IMG/VR virus record: IMGVR_UViG_3300018420_002445
Coordinates: 5,974 to 69,973 of that record
From: a virus
Length of the DNA: 64,000 nt
Direction: 5' to 3' (one strand)
Positions 9,162-18,634 of this stretch are shown one piece after another. The position numbers and the translations under genes were made by a program. Every line of letters starts with the position of its first letter. Position 1 is the stretch's first letter. The notes beneath the pieces are model-generated. The model searched no databases. It was not told the DNA's origin and worked only from the letters and a program-made list of their open reading frames with translations.

Positions 9162-9358
9162 GCTTGTTTATCTAACATTCCCAATTCTTTTTGTAGTTTT
9201 TCTATTTCTCGTTTAAGATGCAATTTATCGAATTTTTCTTTTTGAATGATGGAATCATCAACTCGGTTTTTGTAATCGTCTGAAACTTTTTTGTCTAATG
9301 CTCTGTGTCTGTCCATTAATACTGCTAATCGATTACGTAGTGATTCTTTTGAACTCAT
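9158..9358 (-). CDS. Small coiled-coil protein, DUF465/YdcH-like
   Basis: L..RHRALDKKV...KLHLKREI pattern; strong AAGGAGGA SD. Confidence 0.6.
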   Translation of the reverse strand: MSSKESLRNRLAVLMDRHRALDKKVSDDYKNRVDDSIIQKEKFDKLHLKREIEKLQKELGMLDKQA

Positions 9359-9412
9359 CGTTGGGGTTCCTCCTTAATTTTTGAATAATTAGTATACAAT
9401 AATACTTAGCAA

Positions 9413-10285
9413 TTAAGGTCTGCGTAAAATAGTTTTCTTTTTTGCAATGTCATCAACAATGCATCGTCCTAGTTGTTCGTGTCCCATTGGCGATGGGTGA
9501 TTATCGTAGGGCTCGCCGCCTATACGTTCATAGTTATATCGATGACATCTAGTTTCAAGACCTAATGGATCATCTTCTAACATTGGAAAACGATCATATA
9601 TGTAGTCTTGTATTTCTTGTGGCATTGCGGCAACATATTGATTAAAGTACCAGTAATAACACTCAATTCCTTTACTAGTCAAAAAATCATACAAGAATCC
9701 CATATGAAATAACCAAGTATACATTCCTTCTTGGTCAGTGTAAGTTCTATATCTGCTTTGCCCTTGTTTGATGACATCAGGATCATTATGATTTTCAGCA
9801 AATGATATAAGACCATGTGGATTTACCTTAGCCCATCGATCTAAATTATGTAAAACATCATAATTATTATTGTTTATTTTTTGCTCATGCCAAATATCTT
9901 CTTTCTGCATAGGTGACACTTGATATCTTTTTTGAAAGTCATCTTGTTCTTCTTTTTTAGGAACATAATATTCATATCTGTCTTCACATGACCATTGAAT
10001 GATAACTGTAGTATTTTTTAAAGTTTCTTCGTCTTGTTCATTGACCCAATCAAATGTAGTTCTACATATACGTTGATTGCTTCCGCAACCTTCAGCAAGA
10101 TTTACACATCTATCAAAGTTCATTAGTTTTTTTACGTGAGCAGGCCAAACAATGTTAGCATGTAGATAGTCTAGGTGTTCTTTAGTGCCCGGTTCATGAG
10201 GAAGATTAAATTGATTTTCTTTGCTAGGTCGATCTAATCCGCCACCATATGTCCAACTACAACCGTTAACGAATAGAGTTTTCAT
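9413..10285 (-). CDS. SGNH/GDSL-like protein, paralogue 2
   Basis: LFVNGCSWTYG, NLAEGCGSN, IIQWS and DNHPSPMGH. Confidence 0.7.
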   Translation of the reverse strand: MKTLFVNGCSWTYGGGLDRPSKENQFNLPHEPGTKEHLDYLHANIVWPAHVKKLMNFDRCVNLAEGCGSNQRICRTTFDWVNEQDEETLKNTTVIIQWSCEDRYEYYVPKKEEQDDFQKRYQVSPMQKEDIWHEQKINNNNYDVLHNLDRWAKVNPHGLISFAENHNDPDVIKQGQSRYRTYTDQEGMYTWLFHMGFLYDFLTSKGIECYYWYFNQYVAAMPQEIQDYIYDRFPMLEDDPLGLETRCHRYNYERIGGEPYDNHPSPMGHEQLGRCIVDDIAKKKTILRRP

Positions 10286-10640
10286 ATAATGCCTGTGCTT
10301 CTGGTTTTAATTGTATATCGAACATGTCTTCAAAGTATGATTGTGCATATAAAAATCCACCTTTGTCATAAAAGTCAGTATTGAATTCAAATATAACTAA
10401 CGGATTGTAATCAGGCTTGTCTATAGTGTGTGCTAAAATAAAAACACTGTCTTCTCGTAAATCTTCAGGAATAGAATCAAAATCATCACTACGAACAACA
10501 AGAGTTTTATTCGCAGATTCAACTATGTCTCTGTTTAATTCTAAGACAGTTTGATGTTCGTTCATTACTTCATCATCATATTCTAGCATGTTTGCTATTT
10601 CAGATGAAAGTCCTATTAGATATATTCTTTTTGTAATCAT
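10266..10640 (-). CDS. Hypothetical acidic protein
   Basis: 124-aa ORF overlapping both neighbours in the operon; no motif recognised. Confidence 0.65.
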   Translation of the reverse strand: MITKRIYLIGLSSEIANMLEYDDEVMNEHQTVLELNRDIVESANKTLVVRSDDFDSIPEDLREDSVFILAHTIDKPDYNPLVIFEFNTDFYDKGGFLYAQSYFEDMFDIQLKPEAQALYENSIR

Positions 10641-12565
10641 AATTTAGTTAGCCATGCTTTGCCAAAGTTTCTGCGCCTTGCAAAGAAGATTTGCTCACAA
10701 AATCTTTCAAGTGACTGTTCTTTATCTTCTGGGAAGTCAAACTCATACTCTGCCGGAGTTTCTAACTCACATTGATCTTGTAAGTAGCCAGATATGTCAT
10801 GTTCAAATTGAATGTTTAATGGATAATCTGCTTTATCTTCAAAGTTGATTAAGAACTTACGTTGAAACAACATTAAGTCTTGGAATAATTCATGTGATAA
10901 TAAATCACCATATCTTTCTTTAACAAATCTTTCGATCATATCGAATACTTGTTTGTGTTTGCTTTGTCCTTGAAGATTAATAACTGTACTATGAATTAAG
11001 TTCCAACCGTGTATCTCCATACCTTGTATCGGTTCGTGGTCTATTTTACCATTTTCTGTCCAATTAAAGTAATGTTCTCTGATTCGTTCCATTTCATCAT
11101 TTATCCATGGATCTTGTTTGATAAATTCTAACAAGTTATCATAGAAATCTTCATATTGTACGCCATGTTTCTTTTCTAAAACTCTGCTGATATAGTTAGT
11201 CATGCCATTAATGTGAAACGTATTCATAAACCAACTAAACAACTGTGCTTCGATCATTTGATCTCTTGGCAAGTCTCTTGTTGAAGTAATAACTTCAATA
11301 CCCTCTTTTACTTCATGTTCATTATAAGTGCCAACTAAGTAATCATAAACAACTCTGCCTTCCATCTTAAACATTTTCTTTTGTGTCAAATTCATTTCTG
11401 CATTTTCAAGCAATTGTGCTTGATAGACAGTAATACCTGTATGATTTCCTGATCTATATAGTTCATAGAAGTTGTTTTTCCATGACCTCAGAGTCTCTCC
11501 GGGCAGGCCTAAGATGAGTTCTGTGTAAAGAGGTATATTATGTTCTTCACATAAGTCAAATACTTGTTCTATTTTGTTTATTTCTAAGTTTTTACGTTTG
11601 ATAATATCAAGGACACCTTCGTCCATTGATTGCACTGATAAGTTAAGACCCATTTTAGATCCTCCCTCATATATCAGTTTTTTAACAATGTCTACTACTT
11701 CTTGTTTTTGATTTTTTGCCCATGCAATTGTATATGCTTTGGGATTGTCATATTCTTTTTGTACGGCAATAAGTTTTTCTGCAATTTTCATATCACGTTC
11801 AGGGAACATACCAAAATTTGCATCTGCTAACGAAATAAAGTCACAACCGTTTTTGCCGACCCATTCTAATTCATCATATACTCTGTTAAGACAAAACTTT
11901 TTAACTTTGTTATATGTTAAACTGCCCCAATCGCAAAATGTACATTGATAAGGACAACCTCTATTTGTTTCAAGTGTGACATTCCATCTGACTTCTGGAT
12001 GTTTTGCCATCAAATCTTTAAATACATCTGTTAAATATGGACTTGGTATTTCATCTAATTCATTGATACGTTCTGGTTCTCCTGTTCTAACAGTTTTACC
12101 ATCTACATTAATAAGTAAACCCGGTATATGTGTAAAGTCTGGCTTATCGTTTTTTAATTCTTCTAAGATTGCTTTTGCTGAACGTTCTCCCTCTTGTACT
12201 ACGACAACATCTATATAGGGAAACTTTTCAAAGAACTCTGGGTCAGTAACCGGGGGTTCAGGACCACCTGCAAAAATAAAGATGTCTGGATTTGATAATT
12301 TTAATTCTCTACCAAGTACGTGATTATATGCACGATTCCAAATGTATGTAGAAAATCCTACGACATCACTATCGGCTAATGTTTTAATTGCTTCTTCGAT
12401 AGGATCTCTGCGCCATATAAACTCACCCAACTCATAATGCTGGTTGATAGAATCAAATTGATTCACATAACTCCAAACAATGCCCGGTGAGTATGGCAAA
12501 TAATATGCATTATACTCTTTGGGTCCTTGTTGAAAGTTAGGGTTTACAAAACTGACTTTTTTCAA
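10637..12565 (-). CDS. Cobalamin-binding radical SAM enzyme (class B methyltransferase-like), TTG start
   Basis: VVGFSTYIWN, AGGPE, QEGE, IPSPYL, ETNRGCPYQCTFCDWG, ADANFG and ELILGLPGET. Confidence 0.9.
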   Translation of the reverse strand: MKKVSFVNPNFQQGPKEYNAYYLPYSPGIVWSYVNQFDSINQHYELGEFIWRRDPIEEAIKTLADSDVVGFSTYIWNRAYNHVLGRELKLSNPDIFIFAGGPEPPVTDPEFFEKFPYIDVVVVQEGERSAKAILEELKNDKPDFTHIPGLLINVDGKTVRTGEPERINELDEIPSPYLTDVFKDLMAKHPEVRWNVTLETNRGCPYQCTFCDWGSLTYNKVKKFCLNRVYDELEWVGKNGCDFISLADANFGMFPERDMKIAEKLIAVQKEYDNPKAYTIAWAKNQKQEVVDIVKKLIYEGGSKMGLNLSVQSMDEGVLDIIKRKNLEINKIEQVFDLCEEHNIPLYTELILGLPGETLRSWKNNFYELYRSGNHTGITVYQAQLLENAEMNLTQKKMFKMEGRVVYDYLVGTYNEHEVKEGIEVITSTRDLPRDQMIEAQLFSWFMNTFHINGMTNYISRVLEKKHGVQYEDFYDNLLEFIKQDPWINDEMERIREHYFNWTENGKIDHEPIQGMEIHGWNLIHSTVINLQGQSKHKQVFDMIERFVKERYGDLLSHELFQDLMLFQRKFLINFEDKADYPLNIQFEHDISGYLQDQCELETPAEYEFDFPEDKEQSLERFCEQIFFARRRNFGKAWLTKL

Positions 12566-13502
12566 TGTAACCTCGTTTGTTAATAAATTTTGCTAACTCG
12601 TCAGCAATAACTCTGTAACCTTTAATAGTAGGATGTGCTCCGTCATCATTAGTAAGATACTCTGAATGTGTACTTAGGTTTCTTGGATTATATATTTCAT
12701 TAAATCCTCCCCAATGTATACTTGCTGGTTTGGAAATCAAACCATCTAAGTCTACTAATTTTTCCATAAACGCAACGTACTCTACATCTGCATCATTGTG
12801 CAGATAACAAGACCAATCAAATTGTGATACTAACGGCCCTGCATATTCTATTAACCAATTCTGTATACCGTCATGCCAATTTTTAGAATCATGCATACGT
12901 TGATTAAATGCATTGGCTAAAATAATTTTAAAATTATGTGCTTTAGCCCATGATTGTAAATTTAATAGTGCTGTCATTGTCATACATGCTACAAATTGTT
13001 CACTCCATAATTCACGTGCATAACAATTCCAAAATTTATAATCTCCTTGATCTGATTCCATAGGCCAAGCAGTGCGCCACTTTTCATGTTTAAAATGACC
13101 TTTGTTGTATCCATCTGGTTCTTTAAATCCCCAATGATCCATTGGTCTTGTTTGAAAGACATCAAATCTTTCAAATCCAGTTAGCATCATAATTACAATA
13201 CCTTCAGAATCATTAAAATCATAATTATTAGCAAAGTGTAATTGATTAACGGCGGCTGTATTTCCAATACCCTTGATTCCTAAATTTATAGATTTATATT
13301 CAGGAAAATGATATTTTGTTAATTGATTAACCCAACTGTTTTCTAATTCATGTTCACGTAAGTAATAATCCGTGTCAGGTTGTCCTTTTTGTCCGGGTCT
13401 AAGTTGCGTATACCCACCGTGTGCGTCTACAACTTCTTTTGGATATCCACCTTCTCCTTGAGTCCAACTACAGCCTAAGCCAATTATATACTTTTGTTTC
13501 AT
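12537..13502 (-). CDS. SGNH/GDSL-like protein, paralogue 3
   Basis: IIGLGCSWTQGEG, NLGIKGIGN and DGAHPTIKGYRVIADEL. Confidence 0.7.
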   Translation of the reverse strand: MKQKYIIGLGCSWTQGEGGYPKEVVDAHGGYTQLRPGQKGQPDTDYYLREHELENSWVNQLTKYHFPEYKSINLGIKGIGNTAAVNQLHFANNYDFNDSEGIVIMMLTGFERFDVFQTRPMDHWGFKEPDGYNKGHFKHEKWRTAWPMESDQGDYKFWNCYARELWSEQFVACMTMTALLNLQSWAKAHNFKIILANAFNQRMHDSKNWHDGIQNWLIEYAGPLVSQFDWSCYLHNDADVEYVAFMEKLVDLDGLISKPASIHWGGFNEIYNPRNLSTHSEYLTNDDGAHPTIKGYRVIADELAKFINKRGYIEKSQFCKP

Positions 13503-13513
13503 GCACTATTACT

Positions 13514-13801
13514 TCACTTTTTAGCAGTCTTACGAGGCGCTTTTTTCTTTTTGGTAACAGTTTTTTTAACCGAAGAGTTTTGCACACCAGGTGTTTTAGG
13601 ATCAGTGTCTTTAAACTTACCCTTAGCACTTTTCTTAACTTTTACGTATGCTTCATCAACGTTAGGTGTTGACTTATCATCACCTTTATATTTACCTTTT
13701 GCATCTCTATTTCTAACAACGACCCAGTCTTCTTCTACTGGTGCTGGGCCAAGAGTAAAGAATGATTTTACTTTTTTCCAAAAACTCATAATAATCTCCA
13801 T
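13514..13801 (-). CDS. Small Lys-rich protein with an internal duplicated motif and a histone-like tail (start possibly 13789)
   Basis: AKGKYKGDDKSTPNV / AKGKFKDTDPKTPGV repeat; C-terminus KKTVTKKKKAPRKTAKK; ATAAATA box at 13823-13829. Confidence 0.7.
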   Translation of the reverse strand: MEIIMSFWKKVKSFFTLGPAPVEEDWVVVRNRDAKGKYKGDDKSTPNVDEAYVKVKKSAKGKFKDTDPKTPGVQNSSVKKTVTKKKKAPRKTAKK

Positions 13802-13906
13802 TAATTAATGTGTTCTAACATCTATTTATTCTATGATGGGTTTGCACAAACCTTTTAACTATCTACCAAACCCTCTTATCCAAGCCCGTTTAGCAGTAAG
13901 AGACTT

Positions 13907-15211
13907 CTATGTTTCATTATTACTTCCCCATATCTGTTCTAAACTTTCATCAACAGAAAAGTAATTTTGGTAGCGGTCCCACAAATCACCGCCGACATAA
14001 GATGAGTCATTTCTATAATGTATGACTACTTCTCTAAAAAAATCTAACACCCAATGAAGTTCACTACCTGTATTATCCATATGATCAGGAGTTAAAACAT
14101 TGTCTAACTTTTCTAATTTATATTCAAGAGGATCGGGTGAATTTATTCCAATGTGATGCATAATGGATTCTGTAGTTATACCGCTTCGCACAGTTGCCAT
14201 ATACCTAAAAAGATTACGTTGTGTTTTTGCTTTTACACTTTCCCACAATCGTTTATAATCATCAGGTGATTTATATATTTCTGACAAATGTTTTATGTTA
14301 TTTACAATAGCATTAATGCGTTGTCTATAATCAGGCCAATCATCAAAACCATAATCAAATATTTCATCATAAAGTTCTATACCCTTTTCTTTTTCTAACC
14401 ATCGATGATAGCCAGGGGCGCCAACAACTAAAAATGGTTTGTGTGCGAACAAAGGTTTACATGTTTTTTCTGACAAATAGAATTCACCTTCTTCTATTAT
14501 ACTTTCTGTTACAATATCAATAACACCTCTGTGGTAACTATGGGGCAATGAATTTGGCCGAAACTGCCAGCCAGAATTTAATTTAAAATCGTGTTCTGCT
14601 GGATGTGGATCTTTTAAAGGCATAAGATAAGGCACATTTCCAATTTCTTCCCAATGTTCTGGTTGCCAGTCCGGCTGTTTTGGATATTCAACTGTAAAGT
14701 GACGATACGTAATTATACCTAAATCTTGTAGACTTTCACCGAATAATTTATTAACAGTATAACTTCTATAATGATCCGGTCTGTTGTTATAACATGTAAA
14801 TAAAAGATCAGGCGAGTAGTCATCACCAATCGGTGTTAAAGTTTTGTCTTCTTGTAAGGGACAAAAATAAGCAAGAACGGTGTGATAATTAATTATGTCA
14901 TAAGTTGAACATACTATTGGTACTACATAATCAGGATAATCATATTGGTATTGTTTACATGATGTAAATGCATAGATTTTTTTTCCTGTTTTGTTACACC
15001 ATTCTTCTAATTCAGATATTGCAATACCATATATACATTTAATGTCTGATTCACTGCCACTGGCTATGATAAATCCTGCAGGATCATGTTGTTCAATTAT
15101 TTTATTAAGATAATCTTTAACTTGTTGCCTTCTTTGCCACTTTGTATATTCATGACCTTGAACGTCAACTGCTGAAGTATTACGATGGTCTAATAAACAC
15201 CATTTAGACAT
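13907..15211 (-). CDS. Putative transferase (DIVTE-SEK-KPF family), paralogue 2
   Basis: FTCYNNRPDHYR, DIVTES...LSEKTCKP...KPFLVVG...FDYGFD. The glycosyltransferase-like role is inferred. Confidence 0.5.
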   Translation of the reverse strand: MSKWCLLDHRNTSAVDVQGHEYTKWQRRQQVKDYLNKIIEQHDPAGFIIASGSESDIKCIYGIAISELEEWCNKTGKKIYAFTSCKQYQYDYPDYVVPIVCSTYDIINYHTVLAYFCPLQEDKTLTPIGDDYSPDLLFTCYNNRPDHYRSYTVNKLFGESLQDLGIITYRHFTVEYPKQPDWQPEHWEEIGNVPYLMPLKDPHPAEHDFKLNSGWQFRPNSLPHSYHRGVIDIVTESIIEEGEFYLSEKTCKPLFAHKPFLVVGAPGYHRWLEKEKGIELYDEIFDYGFDDWPDYRQRINAIVNNIKHLSEIYKSPDDYKRLWESVKAKTQRNLFRYMATVRSGITTESIMHHIGINSPDPLEYKLEKLDNVLTPDHMDNTGSELHWVLDFFREVVIHYRNDSSYVGGDLWDRYQNYFSVDESLEQIWGSNNET

Positions 15212-16184
15212 CTTCTACACCGGATTCAATTTGTCCGCAAATCCAGTTATAAGTCTTTTCAATTCCAGTTTCTAAGTCTTCATCTGGCGCCCAACCAATT
15301 GTTTCTTTAATTAAATTGTTATCAGATGTGCGACCCATAACACCTCGGGGTCCATCGATATTTTTAATTGTAACTCTTTTGTTTGATATCTCTGCGATGA
15401 GGTGTACTAATTCATTAATAGATATTTTACGTGTACTACCCAAGTTCACAGGCTCTGTGAGGTCACTTTCCATGATGCGTTGTATACCTTCGACACATTC
15501 GTCAATAAACAAAAATGAACGTGTTTGATTGCCCGGGCCCCATACTTCGATAACGCCATCGTTATCAACCATAGCAACTTTTCGGCATAAGGCAGCCGGC
15601 GCTTTTTCTTTCCCGTTGTTCCAAGAACCTTGAGGGCCAAAGATGTTGTGAAATCTTGCAATTTTCACATTCATATTATAACATCTTCCGTATGCTAAGT
15701 AAAGCCTTTCTGAAAATAATTTTTCCCAACCATAATCTGAATCTGGGTTTGCTGGATATGCTGTATGTTCTGCTAGATCAGGATTGTCAGGGTCTAGTTG
15801 ATTGTGTTCAGGGTACATACATGCACTTGAACTATAAAATATCTTTTTAACATTGTATTTACGAGCAGACTCTAATACATTTAAATTAATTGTAGCAGAG
15901 TTATGCATAATATCTGCATCGTTTTCACCTACAAATATATAACCTGCGCCTCCCATGTCTGCTGCCAATTGATACACTTCATCAAACTCATGTTGCGAAA
16001 AAATAAAATCAACCATTTCTGCTTGACGTAAATCTTGTTTATAAAAATCATTTGCTCTTGTGTCTTCATATAAAGGAAACTTAAGATCAACACCTATGAC
16101 TGTGTGACCTTGTGCTTTTAGGTCGTTGACTAAATGTGTGCCGATGAATCCACCTGCTCCACATACTAATATTGTTTTATTCAA
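15204..16184 (-). CDS. NAD-dependent nucleotide-sugar epimerase, GDP-mannose 3,5-epimerase-like
   Basis: GAGGFIG, LAADMGGAGYI, YSSSACMYPE, YGWEK (YxxxK), RFHNIFGP and KEKAPAALCRK. TTG start with AGGAG SD. Confidence 0.9.
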   Translation of the reverse strand: MNKTILVCGAGGFIGTHLVNDLKAQGHTVIGVDLKFPLYEDTRANDFYKQDLRQAEMVDFIFSQHEFDEVYQLAADMGGAGYIFVGENDADIMHNSATINLNVLESARKYNVKKIFYSSSACMYPEHNQLDPDNPDLAEHTAYPANPDSDYGWEKLFSERLYLAYGRCYNMNVKIARFHNIFGPQGSWNNGKEKAPAALCRKVAMVDNDGVIEVWGPGNQTRSFLFIDECVEGIQRIMESDLTEPVNLGSTRKISINELVHLIAEISNKRVTIKNIDGPRGVMGRTSDNNLIKETIGWAPDEDLETGIEKTYNWICGQIESGVEDV

Positions 16185-17706
16185 AATGACATCTCCTGTC
16201 TGTAGTACACCAATGGGTGTAGTCTTGGTTAAAGTTATTGGTTATGTGTTCATATATGTTATTTACTACTGCAATAGATCCAGGATCTTTAAACATTTGA
16301 TAATTATGTTCTATGATAGGTTTGACTCTACGTTTAAAATCTAAAATTTGATCTGGTGTCCAAGATGCAATTTCTTGTAATACTTTTTCTATAGCAATAA
16401 ATCGTTTACTTGGTTCTTCAATCGTATCATATTCTTCATTCCAAAACTCACTAAATGTTTTAAAGCCTAAATCTCTTAGCCCTTGTACAGAACCTGCTAC
16501 ACCTATTATAATAAAAGGATGTTTATTATACATAGGTTTAAATGATTTTTCTGTTAACGTACATTCATCTACATTAAAGTTTGTTTCTGTAATCAAAGAT
16601 ATCAATGATTGTTGATAATAAGTCTTTGTGTACCCATAGTCTTCGCACATTTTATTAATATCTTTTTCTCCATCAATTTCTAATGGGCAACGATCAATAA
16701 ATCTTTGTGCTACTTCTTCTGGTATGTCAAGGTCTAAACAATCATATAATCGTATGTGGTTACCATTACGTTGATTGTTTATCTCCTCATTTACTGTGTG
16801 GTGTTGCATTTCACCATCTATTTTAGCAAAACTCATAAGTGATCGTTCAATTAAGTTGTTCTTTTCTAATATTAATGCTAAACTAGTTCTGTGTTTTCTA
16901 AATCGTCTGTTCCAAGTCAAAAACAATTTATCAGGAACATATGAATCGTCATAAGGTGTTTCTTTGAACTCTGAAATATCTTCACCGTGATGAGATGGAT
17001 CATCTTTTTTCATTTCAGTATAAAAATTATAAAAAATTTCACGTGAGGACGCATACGGAATAACATGCATTCTATGCTCTCTGTCATTGCCTATGCGATG
17101 TCTTTTACAAAACTTTTCATAAACTGTACTTGCATTTACAGTACCTGTCAAGTATATAATTTTATACATGGGTATTTGATGTCCACTATGAAAATATGAA
17201 AACATTGCATGTAGTTCTGTATTTGACATAAATGCTTCTACACTATGATCGATTAATATATAACCGTTTTTTGTAGAAACCATATGTATCAACCATTGTG
17301 GCATATGTGAAAATTCTAATACACCTGAATCTTTAATAAAATATGATGCAAAAGGTATTCTCCATGTCATAGAAAAAGGGTAAATGAACGGAGTCATTGC
17401 ATCTGCTCCGATACCTTGCACTGGTGTCAACTCAAATTTATCTTTTGCTTTAGAGAACTGTTTATTCCAAACATCATCAGACCAAAAATGGCGTGATGTC
17501 ATGTTTGGATTTGTGCCTTCTGCTTCAGCAGACATAGTTAGAATGTTTGGTAGTTCAGTATTCCATACGGGACCTTTGGGGCCGAACCAACTATAGACAA
17601 CTTTTACTTTGTCGTCTTGGCTATGCGATATGACTGATCGGAATTTTTCGTTCACTTTTAACGGTCTCTCCTGTCCATTGTTTAGGTATGATAATATCTG
17701 TACCAC
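16177..17706 (-). CDS. Putative transferase (DIVTE-SEK-KPF family), paralogue 3; start uncertain
   Basis: FLTWNRRFRKHR, SLITETN...LTEKSFKP...HPF...GFKTFSEFWNEEYD. Confidence 0.5.
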   Translation of the reverse strand: MVQILSYLNNGQERPLKVNEKFRSVISHSQDDKVKVVYSWFGPKGPVWNTELPNILTMSAEAEGTNPNMTSRHFWSDDVWNKQFSKAKDKFELTPVQGIGADAMTPFIYPFSMTWRIPFASYFIKDSGVLEFSHMPQWLIHMVSTKNGYILIDHSVEAFMSNTELHAMFSYFHSGHQIPMYKIIYLTGTVNASTVYEKFCKRHRIGNDREHRMHVIPYASSREIFYNFYTEMKKDDPSHHGEDISEFKETPYDDSYVPDKLFLTWNRRFRKHRTSLALILEKNNLIERSLMSFAKIDGEMQHHTVNEEINNQRNGNHIRLYDCLDLDIPEEVAQRFIDRCPLEIDGEKDINKMCEDYGYTKTYYQQSLISLITETNFNVDECTLTEKSFKPMYNKHPFIIIGVAGSVQGLRDLGFKTFSEFWNEEYDTIEEPSKRFIAIEKVLQEIASWTPDQILDFKRRVKPIIEHNYQMFKDPGSIAVVNNIYEHITNNFNQDYTHWCTTDRRCHFE

Positions 17707-18634
17707 ACATGCACATTTCTTTGTAGCATGTAATTTCTTTAGGACCTATATTTTTAATGTCTTCTAATATATGTCCTACATCTCCGCCCATACCACAACT
17801 TGCTAAACTCATTGTACCTACAGGATTAATAAAAATACAATCGCCTACATTGCATTTCCAACCACTAAAGAAGTTCTGACTATTTACTATGATATCATTT
17901 GCATTACATACTTGCTCTGTGCCATCGTCATAACGATTGTATGATACAGTCATCTCTGTTCTTTTGTTTGGCTTAGGAACACTTTGATGTGTTTCTATGT
18001 TATGTTCTTCAATAAACTTTACTTTCTCTGGATCACTGTACTTCCATGGACCAGTTACATGTGATAGTTCATCGTAGAGAGGTGTCCATTCTAAAAAGTA
18101 ATTAGGCATTACTTCTTTTAATTCGTTACCGAACTCAACACACTCCCAAAATCTTTCTTCGTGTAATAATATTTTTGTACTTAAGTAGTTAACGTTCTCA
18201 CATAACCATAGTGAGTTTTCTTTGTATCTGTCTTTGTTTACTTGTTCTATGTGTAGACTAGCAACAATGTCATCAAATAGATATGCATGTTTTTGCCACC
18301 ATTTCAAAGGTCTTGACAAATTTGTATTAACTGCTAAAGTAGCATGTGGTAGATTTTCATATAACCATTCACAGATAGGAATAAAGTTACGCCATGCTGT
18401 TGGCTCTCCACCAGAGAAAAAGAATTTAAAGTTTTTGTACCCTGCTTTCTTATAACGTTTAACTATTTCATCTAGGTTGTTGATGTAAACGTCTAAGTTT
18501 CCGTTGTTAGGATTATCGCCCGCCCAGTTACCAGGATTACAATAACTACAACTGAAGTTGCAAAAGTTATTGACCTGCCATGTTATTGCTAAGTATGGCT
18601 CAGGTGCAAATACTTCTCTTAACTCTCTGCCCAC
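17621..18634 (-). CDS. Radical SAM protein with a C-terminal Cys-rich (SPASM/twitch-like) region
   Basis: CNFSCSYC, SGGEPT, NTNLS; C-terminal WKCNVG...SCG...CYKEMCMC. Confidence 0.88.
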   Translation of the reverse strand: MGRELREVFAPEPYLAITWQVNNFCNFSCSYCNPGNWAGDNPNNGNLDVYINNLDEIVKRYKKAGYKNFKFFFSGGEPTAWRNFIPICEWLYENLPHATLAVNTNLSRPLKWWQKHAYLFDDIVASLHIEQVNKDRYKENSLWLCENVNYLSTKILLHEERFWECVEFGNELKEVMPNYFLEWTPLYDELSHVTGPWKYSDPEKVKFIEEHNIETHQSVPKPNKRTEMTVSYNRYDDGTEQVCNANDIIVNSQNFFSGWKCNVGDCIFINPVGTMSLASCGMGGDVGHILEDIKNIGPKEITCYKEMCMCGTDIIIPKQWTGETVKSERKIPISHIA

